From Longimicrobiales bacterium (GTDB taxonomy: Bacteria > Gemmatimonadota > Gemmatimonadetes > Longimicrobiales > Gaopeijiaceae): 64,000 bases of DNA. The translations under genes were made by a program, and so were the position numbers. The stretch is from positions 1,955,712 through 2,019,711 of the forward strand of contig CBDBJI010000004.1 in the NCBI GenBank assembly GCA_965206305.1. The letters are read 5' to 3'. Numbering within the stretch: the stretch's first letter is position 1; the number at the start of each line of letters is the position of its first letter. The notes beneath the pieces are model-generated. The model was not told the origin of the DNA. It searched no databases and worked only from the letters and a program-made list of their open reading frames with translations. Below are positions 8,638 through 18,360 of this stretch, piece by piece.

Positions 8638-9794
8638 CGAGCCAGCCCGGCCCCCGCCTGCACGGCATCGCCGGTTTCTCGATCGACCGCGTCGCCCACG
8701 CGGCCGGCGCCGACCCCGAGATCCTGCGCCTTGAGAACCTCGACACGGACATCCCGCCCCCCGCCGCGGCCATTGAGGCCACCCGGGCGGCGGTCGGCGA
8801 GGACGACGCCAACAGCTACCTGCCCTTCCTGGGGAGCGACGAGCTGCGCGCGGCCGCCGCCGCCCATGTGGCCCGGCTGAGCGGCGTCCCCTGCGACCCT
8901 GCCGCGCAGACGATCATCACCGCCGGGGGGACCGAAGGGCTCTTCAACGCGCTCCTGGCGCTGATCGAGCCGGGCGACGAGGTGGTGGTGACCGACCCGA
9001 CCTACGCTGGGATGCTCTACCGGGTGCGGCTGGCGGGGGGTGTGGTGCGCTTCGTGCCGTTCGTGCTGCGCGACGCGCGCTGGGCCCTCGATTTGGGACG
9101 CCTGCGCGATGCCGTCACCGACCGGACCCGGGTGGTGTTCCTCATGAACCCGTCGATCCCGTCGGGGGCGGTCATGACGCGGGACGACTGGGAGGAGGTG
9201 GCCCGGCTGTGCGAGCCGCGCGGCATCTGGCTCCTCTACAACGCCGCGATGGAGCGCATCCTGTACGGTGGCCGTCCTTACGTTCATCCCGCGAGCGTCC
9301 CGGGCCTGGAAGACCTCACGATCACGGTGGGGTCCGTGTCGAAGGAGTACCGCATGATCGGGTGGCGGGTGGGGTGGGTGGCGGGCCCGCGCCGCGCGAT
9401 GAACCGGATCGGGCTGGTCAGCATCTACAACGTGGTGACCCCGGTGGGGATCGCGCAGCCGGGCGCGCTTGCCGCGCTGACCGACCCGGAGGGCGGTGGC
9501 GTGATGGAGGCCGTGCGGGAGTGGGAGCGCCGGCGTGACGTGGTGCAGGCCGAGCTGGCCGGGCTGCCCTTCGTGCAGGGCGACGGCGGGTGGTCGCTCC
9601 TGGTGGATACTGGGCGGATGGGGCTGGACGGGGAAGCCGCGTCGGCGCGGCTATTGGAGCGTGGGAAGGTGGCCGCGACGCCGATGACGCACTGGGGACG
9701 GGAGAACGCCGGGCAGTTCGTGCGGGTCGTCTTCAGCAATGAGCCGGTGGGGCGGCTGCGAGGGCTGGGGGAGCGGTTCCGGCGGGCGATGTAA
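8634..9794 (+). CDS. PLP-dependent aminotransferase, class I/II
   Basis: GTG 8634 overlaps the upstream stop (GTGA). ...NSYLPFLGSDELR...TDPTYAGM...NPSIPSGAV...GSVSKEYRMIGWRVGW (PLP lysine context). Confidence 0.85.
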   Translation: MTSQPGPRLHGIAGFSIDRVAHAAGADPEILRLENLDTDIPPPAAAIEATRAAVGEDDANSYLPFLGSDELRAAAAAHVARLSGVPCDPAAQTIITAGGTEGLFNALLALIEPGDEVVVTDPTYAGMLYRVRLAGGVVRFVPFVLRDARWALDLGRLRDAVTDRTRVVFLMNPSIPSGAVMTRDDWEEVARLCEPRGIWLLYNAAMERILYGGRPYVHPASVPGLEDLTITVGSVSKEYRMIGWRVGWVAGPRRAMNRIGLVSIYNVVTPVGIAQPGALAALTDPEGGGVMEAVREWERRRDVVQAELAGLPFVQGDGGWSLLVDTGRMGLDGEAASARLLERGKVAATPMTHWGRENAGQFVRVVFSNEPVGRLRGLGERFRRAM

Positions 9795-9827
9795 GGAGGA
9801 CGATCGTGAGGATCGAATCGAGGTTGC

Positions 9828-10904
9828 TCAGGGTCGGGTTTCGGGCATCTCCCTGAACAGCAGGCGCGTCCCGTCGAGCTCCTGCCACCCCAGGAGGATG
9901 TGGTCACCGTCTACGATCATGACGGGGGCGGAGCGCACGGGCACCACGGTCTGCTCCCCGGTCGCCGATCGCCTGAGCAGCCGGGTTACCTTGCCGTCGG
10001 GCGCATTCGCCTCGTACACCAGCTCGCCGGCGCTCGTCACGGAGATCCGCAGGAACGGCGGCATGTGATCCGACAGTTCGAATTCGATGCCGTATTGCTG
10101 GGCGTATTCCTCAAGCGCTTCGAGTTCTTTCTTCTCGTCCTCCGTCATTTCCGGTACCGGGAGCCGTTCGATCCATTCGTGGCACTCTTCACCCACCTTG
10201 GCGCCGTCGTGCCCGAACAGCTCCATGCAATCGTCGTAGGGACGGCCGAAAAGAATGCCGTCCGGATGCGGACCCATCACCACCTGTCCCTCCATGACGT
10301 CTCCCTCCACCTGAGGAAGCGAGGCCAGTTCGGTGAGCGAGCCGTCATGCGCCTCGAGCAGGGCATGCAAGGTGATCTCTCCCAGGTTGCTGCACCTGAC
10401 CAGAAACACCAGGGCGCCCGACAGGGAAAGAGCGTCTTCGATGCTGCAGATAGGGTTGAAGCGAAGGACCCGGTCGGCGTAGTGCTGGCCCTCGGGCCCG
10501 AAAATGCGGAGTGTCAGGCGATCGGTTACCACGATCGAGTCGCCGTGCACCACGATGTTGCGGGGGAGCCCCTGGAACTCACCCGGTCCCTCGCCTCTGC
10601 GGCCGAACGTGCGCACCGAGCCGGTTGCAGGATCCAGACGGTGAACCTGGGGGCCGGCCACGTCGAGCAGGTACCACAAGCCATCGCGCACCGCGGCGTC
10701 GTATACCGACAGCACCTGGGGGAACAGCTCCGCCTCCGCGGGAGCCACCATTGCATCACTGTCCGCTTCCGCGAAAGCCTCCGGCGCGTCCCTGTCCGCC
10801 GGCGGGGTCGCCGCCGGTGCCGGGCCGGGCGACGGGCGATTCCAAACCATCACCACGACCAGCAGGGCGACGACCCCTGCGACGACGATGAACCGGGACC
10901 GCAT
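9828..10904 (-). CDS. 6-bladed beta-propeller protein, paralog 2 (N-terminal membrane anchor)
   Basis: MRSRFIVVAGVVALLVVVMVW...FGRRGEGPGEFQGL.... The ATG shares one nucleotide with the upstream stop (TGATG). Confidence 0.75.
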   Translation of the reverse strand: MRSRFIVVAGVVALLVVVMVWNRPSPGPAPAATPPADRDAPEAFAEADSDAMVAPAEAELFPQVLSVYDAAVRDGLWYLLDVAGPQVHRLDPATGSVRTFGRRGEGPGEFQGLPRNIVVHGDSIVVTDRLTLRIFGPEGQHYADRVLRFNPICSIEDALSLSGALVFLVRCSNLGEITLHALLEAHDGSLTELASLPQVEGDVMEGQVVMGPHPDGILFGRPYDDCMELFGHDGAKVGEECHEWIERLPVPEMTEDEKKELEALEEYAQQYGIEFELSDHMPPFLRISVTSAGELVYEANAPDGKVTRLLRRSATGEQTVVPVRSAPVMIVDGDHILLGWQELDGTRLLFREMPETRP

Positions 10905-11950
10905 CAGGGGCTCCCCGCCAACTCCCGCATCCAGGCCTCGATCGCGCGCTGGTAGTAGGCCGGGTTGAAGAGCGACCACTCGCCGAGTTCTTCGGGTACC
11001 TCGTACTCCTCTGCTGCCTCCTGGGCGGTCCTCCCACCCTCGATCGCGCCCCTGGCCGCCTCTTCCACCGAGTCGATCACCGTGGTGTACCTCGCCATGG
11101 CCTCGGCGTCGGCCAGCGGGCCGTGACCGGGGACGAAGGTTGTCGCGGGAAGACCCCGCAGCGCCCGCACGGAACGGGACAGCCGCGACGGGATCGCGTC
11201 CACGTAGTTGGGGAACATCGCGTTCCAGACGAGGTCTCCGCACCACACCGGCCCCTCCCCCCCGTCCACCTCCACGGTGAGGTCGCTCGCGGTATGGCCC
11301 CGGCGCGGCTGCACGGTGACCACGCGGTCCCCCAGGTCGAAGTTCACCGGCGCTCCCTCCGGCACCAGGATCGCGTCCGCCCAGGGGGCCAGCGCCCCCT
11401 CGTTGGTCGGCGAGGTCAGGACCAGGTTGCGGGTGATCTCGGTGGCATGGAGCGCCGGGGCGGCCTCGTCAGCGGAGCCCGCGAACCCCTCGACCCCCGC
11501 CGAGTGATCCGCGTGATGGTGGCTGACCACGACCTGGCCGGGCCAGCGACCGGTCAGCTCCCTGGCCTTCCCGGCCACCCACGCCGCGCCGCCCTCCGAA
11601 ATGAAGGCTTCCACCACAAGCGTCTCCGCGGACCCCCCGATGATGCCGCCGTTGCAAACGGTCGTGTAGTCCCCGCCGAGCGGCGTGGAGATGATCGCGT
11701 ACATCCCGGGGCCGACCTCCTCGATGCGCGCCCAGGGCTCCTGCGCGACGATACGCCCCACGCGCCCCGCGCCGGCGCCCTCACCGCGCCCCACGCCCGT
11801 CCCCACACCCGCCCGCCCCCACCTCGCCAGGGCTTCCGGCGGCAGAAACCGGCCCACGGCGGCCAGGTAGGACGCGCAGCTCGCAGCCGCGGCAAGACCG
11901 GACGCGCAGCCGGCAGAGGCGGCAACGAAGCGGCGGCGGCTGATGCTCAT
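10904..11950 (-). CDS. MBL-fold metallo-hydrolase with twin-arginine (Tat) signal
   Basis: MSISRRRFVAASAGC... and the HHHADH (HxHxDH) motif; ATGA overlap with the upstream gene. Confidence 0.85.
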   Translation of the reverse strand: MSISRRRFVAASAGCASGLAAAASCASYLAAVGRFLPPEALARWGRAGVGTGVGRGEGAGAGRVGRIVAQEPWARIEEVGPGMYAIISTPLGGDYTTVCNGGIIGGSAETLVVEAFISEGGAAWVAGKARELTGRWPGQVVVSHHHADHSAGVEGFAGSADEAAPALHATEITRNLVLTSPTNEGALAPWADAILVPEGAPVNFDLGDRVVTVQPRRGHTASDLTVEVDGGEGPVWCGDLVWNAMFPNYVDAIPSRLSRSVRALRGLPATTFVPGHGPLADAEAMARYTTVIDSVEEAARGAIEGGRTAQEAAEEYEVPEELGEWSLFNPAYYQRAIEAWMRELAGSP

Positions 11951-13251
11951 CTTGAATCGGTCCAGTGCAGGTACAGGTTCGACAGGAACCGCCCGCCCGC
12001 GAAGGCGGCGAACGCGGCCGTGGCGCCGATCCAGCCCAGGCCCCATGCCAGCACGGCGAAGATCGCGACGATGCCGGCTACCCCGAGCGACGTCGCCATC
12101 GTAATGGACTTGGTCCGGCGCTTCATCACCATAACGGCACTCTGGTACGCCAGCCAGACGGACAGCGCCGGAAGCGGGATGATCAGGGCGGTGGGGATCC
12201 TGGCGTACTCCTGCAGCTCGGGCGTGAGCGCCGACACCGTGCCGAACCAGAAGTCGAAGAGCGGCGTCACGGCGAAGAGCGCGTAGCCGGCCGAAGTGGC
12301 GATTGCCAGGCCGGCCGCGTATCGCGCGATGGTGCGGCGGTGTTCGAACTCCCGGCCCATCAGCGCGATCGCGGCCTCCTGGTAGCTGAGCCCGACCGCG
12401 CGGAAGAGGAACGACAGCGAGTGGACGACCGGCAGCACCGCCAGCGATTCGAGCGGCGCCCGTGCCCGGCCGACCAGGAAGGTCAGCACGGGGTGCGTTG
12501 CCAGCGCGACCAGGGACGTCAGCGCGAGTGGATAGTAGAATGACGCCATCCCGGACCAGGAGATTGGGGGCGCGCCGCTCTCGGCGGGTGTCGTGGCCAG
12601 GGTGCGCCGAATCGCGCCGGCCCCCATCAGCCGCGCAGCCACCGCCTCCGAGCAGACGCCCACCGTGAGGCTGGCCGCGCCGACCCACGCGCCGGGCAGA
12701 TCCGTGAACGCGGCGAGCGCGAGGGCCGTGCCCGCCATCGTCGCCAGCCTGAAGACGGTGCCCGCCGCGACCTGGCGCGTCTTCCCCGAGATGATCATCA
12801 CGCCGTGGATGAACCGGCGGTAGCCGATCGCCGCGGCCCAGGGCAGGTAGATCCAGAGCGACCCGTAGACCAGGGCCGCCACCTCGCGCGGCAGCGCCAG
12901 CACCCCCAGCATGAGCGGCTCGAAGACGGCAGGGATGAGGAGCACGCAAAGGAGCAGCGTCGCGAGACCGTTGAGACCGTGCGCGAAGAGGCGGAGCCTG
13001 CGGTAGCTGTGCGCGTCGCGGACCAGCGCCGTGGCTGCGGTCATGAGCATGATGACCGGAGCCTCGACGAGGATGGCGATCGCGAAGGCCACCCCGTGGG
13101 CCGCCAGGTTGAGCTTCGGGTCCGGCAGGCGCGCGATGGTGGCGGCGATCAGCGGGCCCTCCACCGCCATCATGACCCAGGTCGCTGCCAGAGGCGACCA
13201 GAAGCGGGTGATGTATCCGGCGGAGAGCGTCCCGCCGGGAACCGGATTCAT
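11947..13251 (-). CDS. Polytopic membrane protein, MOP/MATE-flippase-like
   Basis: 434 aa, roughly 12 hydrophobic segments. The N-terminal pattern (...RFWSPLAATWVMMAVEGPLIAATIARLPDPKLNLAAHGVAFAI...) resembles MATE/MurJ-type exporters. Family assignment is from memory. Confidence 0.6.
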   Translation of the reverse strand: MNPVPGGTLSAGYITRFWSPLAATWVMMAVEGPLIAATIARLPDPKLNLAAHGVAFAIAILVEAPVIMLMTAATALVRDAHSYRRLRLFAHGLNGLATLLLCVLLIPAVFEPLMLGVLALPREVAALVYGSLWIYLPWAAAIGYRRFIHGVMIISGKTRQVAAGTVFRLATMAGTALALAAFTDLPGAWVGAASLTVGVCSEAVAARLMGAGAIRRTLATTPAESGAPPISWSGMASFYYPLALTSLVALATHPVLTFLVGRARAPLESLAVLPVVHSLSFLFRAVGLSYQEAAIALMGREFEHRRTIARYAAGLAIATSAGYALFAVTPLFDFWFGTVSALTPELQEYARIPTALIIPLPALSVWLAYQSAVMVMKRRTKSITMATSLGVAGIVAIFAVLAWGLGWIGATAAFAAFAGGRFLSNLYLHWTDSR

Positions 13252-13318
13252 TTAGGATTCAGTCTCCGTGGAATTGCCAACAGGAACGATAACTTCGGCG
13301 CCAAGGGGGTGGACCCGG

Positions 13319-14170
13319 ATGCATCGCCGCTCGAACGCCATGAGGGCCTTGTCCACCGACCCGTGGGGAGCCCACCGGCCCCGCGGATGGGGCGGATTCT
13401 GGCTGAAGGTCGCGCGCTCCTTCCCGGGGGGATGGCCGTGGAGCCGCTTCGCTCTCCTCGCCCGCAGGGTCGCGCGGCGCCGGATGGGCGGACCGGTCGA
13501 CACGCGGGTGTGGGGGCAGAGACTCCGGCTGTTTCCGGATCGCTCCGTTTCCGAAGCCAGGATCCTGTTCCTGCCGCGCTCCTGGGATCGCGCGGAGCGG
13601 CGGTTGCTGGGGGAGTGGGCACTGGCCCCCGGGTTCACCTTCGTGGATGTCGGCGCAAACGTGGGCGGCTATTCCTTCTGGGTCGCGTCGCAGATGGCTC
13701 CCACGGGGCTGGTCCTCGCGGTGGAACCGAACCCGTCGCTCGCGCGGCAGTTGCGCTACAACGTGGGTGCCAATCGCGCGGGCGACCGCATTTGTGTGGT
13801 GGAGGCGGCGGTGGGGGCGGAAAGCGGGACGGGTAAGCTCACGGTGGGGGCGCGCAACTCGGGGGAGAATCGTCTGGTGGACGACGCCGGGAGCGCTGGC
13901 GAAGCCACGGTGCCGGTGCGCGTGGCCACCCTCGCCGATCTGGTGGAGGAGGCTGGGATCGACCGCATCGACTGCCTGAAGGTCGACGTGGAGGGGCGCG
14001 AAGCCGAGGTCATTCAGCCGTACCTGTCCACCGAGCCGCGCGCCGCGTGGCCGAGGTATCTGATCGTCGAGTTGAAGGGGCGCCGTGGAGAGCTCGAGCA
14101 ATGGATTACCGAGAGGGGCTACGTGCGGGTGCTGCGCACAAAGCTCAACGGGCTGTTTCGGCTGGTGTGA
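13319..14170 (+). CDS. FkbM-family SAM-dependent methyltransferase
   Basis: ...FVDVGANVGGYSFW...VLAVEPNP...IDCLKVDVEGREAEV.... ATG 13319 is preceded by AAGGGGG; the ORF opens at 13268. Confidence 0.8.
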   Translation: MHRRSNAMRALSTDPWGAHRPRGWGGFWLKVARSFPGGWPWSRFALLARRVARRRMGGPVDTRVWGQRLRLFPDRSVSEARILFLPRSWDRAERRLLGEWALAPGFTFVDVGANVGGYSFWVASQMAPTGLVLAVEPNPSLARQLRYNVGANRAGDRICVVEAAVGAESGTGKLTVGARNSGENRLVDDAGSAGEATVPVRVATLADLVEEAGIDRIDCLKVDVEGREAEVIQPYLSTEPRAAWPRYLIVELKGRRGELEQWITERGYVRVLRTKLNGLFRLV

Positions 14171-14181
14171 GGGGGGCAGAC

Positions 14182-15030
14182 GTGGAGACGGTGATCGTGC
14201 GCCACTCCGGACCACGCGCTTTCCTCGAACGCGCCGAACCCTGGCTGCTCCAGCGCGAGGCCGAGAACAACCTCGTGCTGGGCCTTGCGGCATCGTTGGC
14301 AGAGGGTGCATCCGGCTACTCGTCCCCCCTCTACTTCGCGACGGTTGAACGGGCTGGGCAGGTCGCCGGGTGTGCCTTCCGCACGCCGCCCTACAAGATC
14401 GGTCTCACGCGCATGCCGCTCGATGCGGCCCCGCTATTGGCTCGCGATGTCGCGGAAGTCTACGATCACCTGCCTGCCGCGCTTGGCCCGGTCGACGTGG
14501 TTCGGGCCTTCGGAGAAGCCTGGGCGGCCCTGCGCGGCGTGACGGCCACACCCGGGCCACGCCAGCGAATCCACTCGCTGGAACACGTCACCTTCCCCTC
14601 GCCGATGGCGCCCGGGACGATCCGTCCGGCCCGACCGGAGGACATCCCGCTCGTGGTCCCCTGGTTGAAGGCCTTCGCCGCGGCTACCGGACACCCGGAG
14701 ACCGATGCGGCCGCGCTCGCGCTCCGTCTCGCAGGAGATGGACACGACAGCCGCCTCGCCCTCTGGGAGGACGGCGTCCCCGTGTCGATGGCCGGATTCC
14801 CGGCGCGAACGCGGCACGGGGTGCGGATCGGCTACGTGTACACGCCCGAGAAGCACCGGCGCAAAGGCTACGCGAGCGCCCTGGTGGCCACCCTCAGCCG
14901 CCAGGTCCTCGACTCGGGGTTCGGGCACTGCGTCCTGTACACCGACCTCGCAAACCCCACCTCGAACAGGATCTACCGTGCGATCGGGTACCGGCCGGTG
15001 CAGGATGTGATGGATGTCGAGTTCGGGTAG
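14182..15030 (+). CDS. GNAT-family N-acetyltransferase (two-domain)
   Basis: C-terminal ...GYVYTPEKHRRKGYASALVATL...LYTDLANPTSNRIYRAIGY.... Start is either GTG 14167 (GTGA overlap with fkbM) or GTG 14182 (after GAGGGGGG). Confidence 0.75.
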   Translation: METVIVRHSGPRAFLERAEPWLLQREAENNLVLGLAASLAEGASGYSSPLYFATVERAGQVAGCAFRTPPYKIGLTRMPLDAAPLLARDVAEVYDHLPAALGPVDVVRAFGEAWAALRGVTATPGPRQRIHSLEHVTFPSPMAPGTIRPARPEDIPLVVPWLKAFAAATGHPETDAAALALRLAGDGHDSRLALWEDGVPVSMAGFPARTRHGVRIGYVYTPEKHRRKGYASALVATLSRQVLDSGFGHCVLYTDLANPTSNRIYRAIGYRPVQDVMDVEFG

Positions 15031-15076
15031 CAGTCCGTGGACAAACCCGAGTGAGCGCCGCGCGCCGGGTCAGTCG

Positions 15077-15973
15077 CTAATAACAAAGCCGGAACCACCT
15101 TACGGCAGCTTCGTCGAGCCCAGGCGGCAGCGGCGGGGTTCCCCCATCGTTCACTTCCCACAAGGGGACACCCCGCCTCCTGGCGTCTTCCTCGCGGGCG
15201 TCATGCACGATCCTCGCGTACACGGTACCGCCCGCGACGCACCAGGTGGAGTCCTTCCCCTCCCGGCACAGCGCGAGATTGGTTTGGTCTCCCTGAGGGA
15301 ACTCCAACCGCCGCTCCCCGTCGCGAATGACGCCGATCACCACCCCCCCGCGGCGCAGTCCACAGTAGTCCGGCGGCGGGTTGCTTCTCCCGTGGAGTTC
15401 GAGGACGTAGTCACGCCCGCGGCCTTCGCGATCCGCCCAATAGACGTCGGAAAGACTCATGCTCAGTAAGACCCCCTGGCTCCCTCGGGCCTCACGAAAC
15501 GGATCCTCTCCGCCGCTGGCGGCCAACACCTGGGCCGTACGGGTCTCGTACACCCGAACCAGGGCGTCAAACGACTTCGGGTGTGGTGTGCCCCCGTAGT
15601 CGGAGCCAGGCGAAGCTGCCGCCCTCAGTGCCCTCGCCGCGTTGCGCCGGACGCGCCCCTCCGGCGACCGATCGGCCAGAATCATGTCCGCAAGCGCGTC
15701 GGCCAGCCCGTCGAGGTCCGCTGCGGGGTCGTGCCCCCACAGCTGCCGCAGGATGGCTGTGATGGGCCTGTGAACTTCCTGCGTGCGCAGGGGGCGCCAT
15801 TCGCCCCGCCCAAGCGTCAGCACATGCAGCGCCTCTTCCACGGTCGGGTACCGCCACTCGCCACCGTCCAGCACCATACCATCGGCGGGGCGTGGACCTG
15901 CCTGCCCAGCGGCTGGAACCGCAGAGTACAGGATGGCAAGTGCCAGCGTCGTTGCGCTCATTCCGTAATTCAT
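15077..15973 (-). CDS. Hypothetical secreted protein
   Basis: 298-aa ORF with a signal-peptide-like N-terminus (MNYGMSATTLALAILYSAVPAAGQA). No family recognised. Confidence 0.5.
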   Translation of the reverse strand: MNYGMSATTLALAILYSAVPAAGQAGPRPADGMVLDGGEWRYPTVEEALHVLTLGRGEWRPLRTQEVHRPITAILRQLWGHDPAADLDGLADALADMILADRSPEGRVRRNAARALRAAASPGSDYGGTPHPKSFDALVRVYETRTAQVLAASGGEDPFREARGSQGVLLSMSLSDVYWADREGRGRDYVLELHGRSNPPPDYCGLRRGGVVIGVIRDGERRLEFPQGDQTNLALCREGKDSTWCVAGGTVYARIVHDAREEDARRRGVPLWEVNDGGTPPLPPGLDEAAVRWFRLCY

Positions 15974-16223
15974 GTCCGCCTTCCTTCGGTTGTCGGTTCA
16001 GCCGGCGACAAACCGCATCGCGCAGAATGGGAGAGTTGCCCCCGTCGTGCAATGCCTGTACGGGCAAGTCCGTGTGTCCCCCTTCGGGTTCCCTCCGTTC
16101 GGGTACGGGTCGGGCTTTGGGCGCTTTGCCGCGTTGGCGAGGCACCTTGAGAGGCAAATGGCAAGAAAATGTGTATATTACATGTGATCACCCATGCTCC
16201 AGACACATGCGACGAGGCGCCCG

Positions 16224-16499
16224 ATGCCCAGAATACACCTGATTGTCTCGGAGCCGGACCGGACGCGCTACGCCGCTGCCGCCCGCCGCGAAGGCCTGAC
16301 CGTGAGCGCCTGGTTGCGCGCCGCCGCCGCCGACCGCCTGGACCGGCTTGCGAGCTCCGAGCCGTTTCGCACGGACGATGACGTGTGGCGGTTTTTCGCG
16401 GACCGGGACGCCGGGATGGAATGCGGCACGGAGCCGGATTGGGAGCAGCATCTCGACGTCATCCGCGCGTCCCGGGGCCGGGGCGCACCCGGAACCTGA
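16224..16499 (+). CDS. vapB: Type II antitoxin, VapB/RHH (CopG-like)
   Basis: MPRIHLIVSEPDRTRYAAAARREGLTVSAWLRAAAADRL..., 11 nt upstream of the PIN toxin gene. Start uncertain (16194 or 16224). Confidence 0.6.
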   Translation: MPRIHLIVSEPDRTRYAAAARREGLTVSAWLRAAAADRLDRLASSEPFRTDDDVWRFFADRDAGMECGTEPDWEQHLDVIRASRGRGAPGT

Positions 16500-16510
16500 C
16501 GGGCCGGGCC

Positions 16511-16900
16511 ATGATCTTCGTTGACACAAGCGTCCTGATGTACGCGGTGGGAAGAGAGCACCCGCTCCGCCTGCCTGCCCGCCGCTTCTTCGCCAGGGTG
16601 ACGATGGACCGGCAACCGCTCACGACATCGTCCGAAGTCCTGCAGGAACTGGCCCACGCCTATCTGCCCGTGGACCGTGTGCAGGACCTGGCCGCTGCGC
16701 TGCGGGTCGTCGACCGGACCCGGATGGAGGTGTGGCCCCTCGAGCGTGACGACGTGATCCTCGGCATTGAGCTTGCCGCCCGCTATCCGGGGATCGGCGC
16801 GCGCGACCTGTGCCACCTCGCGAGCTGCCAGCGGCGCGGCGTCACCCGCATTCAGACATTCGACCGCGCGCTGAAGGCCGCCGCGGAAACGCTACGTTGA
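16511..16900 (+). CDS. vapC: PIN-domain toxin VapC
   Basis: MIFVDTSVLMYAV...SSEVLQEL...GARDLCHLASC...RIQTFDRAL; acidic PIN residues at canonical positions. Confidence 0.85.
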   Translation: MIFVDTSVLMYAVGREHPLRLPARRFFARVTMDRQPLTTSSEVLQELAHAYLPVDRVQDLAAALRVVDRTRMEVWPLERDDVILGIELAARYPGIGARDLCHLASCQRRGVTRIQTFDRALKAAAETLR

Positions 16901-16926
16901 CACCTTCACCAGGACCCTCATCGAAC

Positions 16927-17955
16927 ATGATCGATCTCCGCAGCGACACCGTCACCCGACCCACCCCGGCCATGCGCGAGGCGATGGCCCAGGCCGTCGT
17001 CGGCGACGATGTCTACGGCGACGACCCCACCGTCAAGCGCCTCGAGGCCCGGACCGCGGAGTTGCTCGGCAAGGAGGATGCCGTCTACATGCCTACCGGG
17101 TCGATGACGAACCAGGTGGCGATCCGCGCCCACACCGAGCCCGGCGACCGGGTCATCATGGACATCGGGTCGCACGTCGTGCGCTCCGAGGGCGGGGGGC
17201 CCGCGGCACTCTCCGGCGTCACCGTCCAGCCCCTCCTGGGGGACCGCGGCATATACACCACCTCGCAGCTTCGCGACGCCCTCGGCGTCACGCATCCGGG
17301 ATCGCCAACCACCCTGACGCCGCCCGCGACCCTGCTCACCCTGGAGAACACCCACAACGGAGGCGGGGGGAGCATCTGGCCGCTGGAACTCCTCGACGAA
17401 GTGGTCGCCACCGCCCGCGCGGCCGGGCTGCGCTGCCACCTCGACGGCGCCCGCGTCTGGAACGCCTCCGCGGCGACCGGCATCCCGCCGGCTCGTTACG
17501 CACGGGACTTCGACAGCGTCTCGGTGTGCTTCTCGAAGGCGCTGGGCGCGCCGGTAGGCTCGGCACTGGCCGGTTCGACCGACTTCGTGGCGCGGGCACG
17601 GCGCTTCAAGCAGCAATTCGGCGGAGGGTTCCGCCAGGCGGGGATCATCGCCGCGGGGGCGCTGCACGCGCTGGAGAACCATCGGGGCGACTTGGCCCAC
17701 GACCACGAGAAGGCGGGGCACCTCGCCGATGTGCTGGTGTCGATCCCGGGCGTCGAGCTCGTGCGCGAGCATGTGGAGACCAACATCCTGCGCTTCAACG
17801 TCCCGGGCACCGCCGCGGAATTCGTGGACGCGTGCTTGGCGCGGGGTGTCGCCATGCTGGTTTCGGGAAAGCGCGCCGTGCGTGCGGTGGCCCACCGGGA
17901 CGTGTCGATGGACGACGTCAGGGCAGCGGGCGAGGTCGTGCGGGACGTGTTGTAG
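16927..17955 (+). CDS. ltaE: Low-specificity L-threonine aldolase
   Basis: MIDLRSDTVTRPTPAMREAMA...VGDDVYGDDPT...YMPTGSMTNQ...SVCFSKALGAPVGS.... Confidence 0.9.
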   Translation: MIDLRSDTVTRPTPAMREAMAQAVVGDDVYGDDPTVKRLEARTAELLGKEDAVYMPTGSMTNQVAIRAHTEPGDRVIMDIGSHVVRSEGGGPAALSGVTVQPLLGDRGIYTTSQLRDALGVTHPGSPTTLTPPATLLTLENTHNGGGGSIWPLELLDEVVATARAAGLRCHLDGARVWNASAATGIPPARYARDFDSVSVCFSKALGAPVGSALAGSTDFVARARRFKQQFGGGFRQAGIIAAGALHALENHRGDLAHDHEKAGHLADVLVSIPGVELVREHVETNILRFNVPGTAAEFVDACLARGVAMLVSGKRAVRAVAHRDVSMDDVRAAGEVVRDVL

Positions 17956-18165
17956 CCGTCAGAATGTAAAGGCTACATTACGTTCTGTAATATCGACATT
18001 ACAGTTCTTGCTGACTTGCCGCCGAATTAGCGGCTTCCAGCAACTCCTCGATCTCCGCAATCCGCTCCTCCGCCTCGGGGAAGCCGGTCAGGTAGGCACC
18101 CCAAGGGGCCACGAGCTTGAAGAGCACTTACGGGATCCGTCGGGCGAGTTCCCGATGCTTCTAGA

Positions 18166-18360
18166 CTAGCTTTCTGGAGGCCGGGGCACCTGGAGGTCCT
18201 TGCAGATCTTTCTGGCGAGGTCCCGGTTGATCTCGTTGTGCCGGGGAATCGTCGACACCCTCTTGGCCGGCCGGTTGATGAAGAGCGTGTGATTCCCGCC
18301 CTCACGCAGGAAGGCGCACCCGTGTTGTGCCAAGTGCCGCAGCAAGACCCGGCGCTTCAC
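18166..18360 (-). CDS. hicA: HicA toxin (mRNA interferase, YcfA-like)
   Basis: MKRRVLLRHLAQHGCAFLREGGNHTLFINRPAKRVSTIPRHNEINRDLARKICKDLQV. Confidence 0.85.
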   Translation of the reverse strand: MKRRVLLRHLAQHGCAFLREGGNHTLFINRPAKRVSTIPRHNEINRDLARKICKDLQVPRPPES

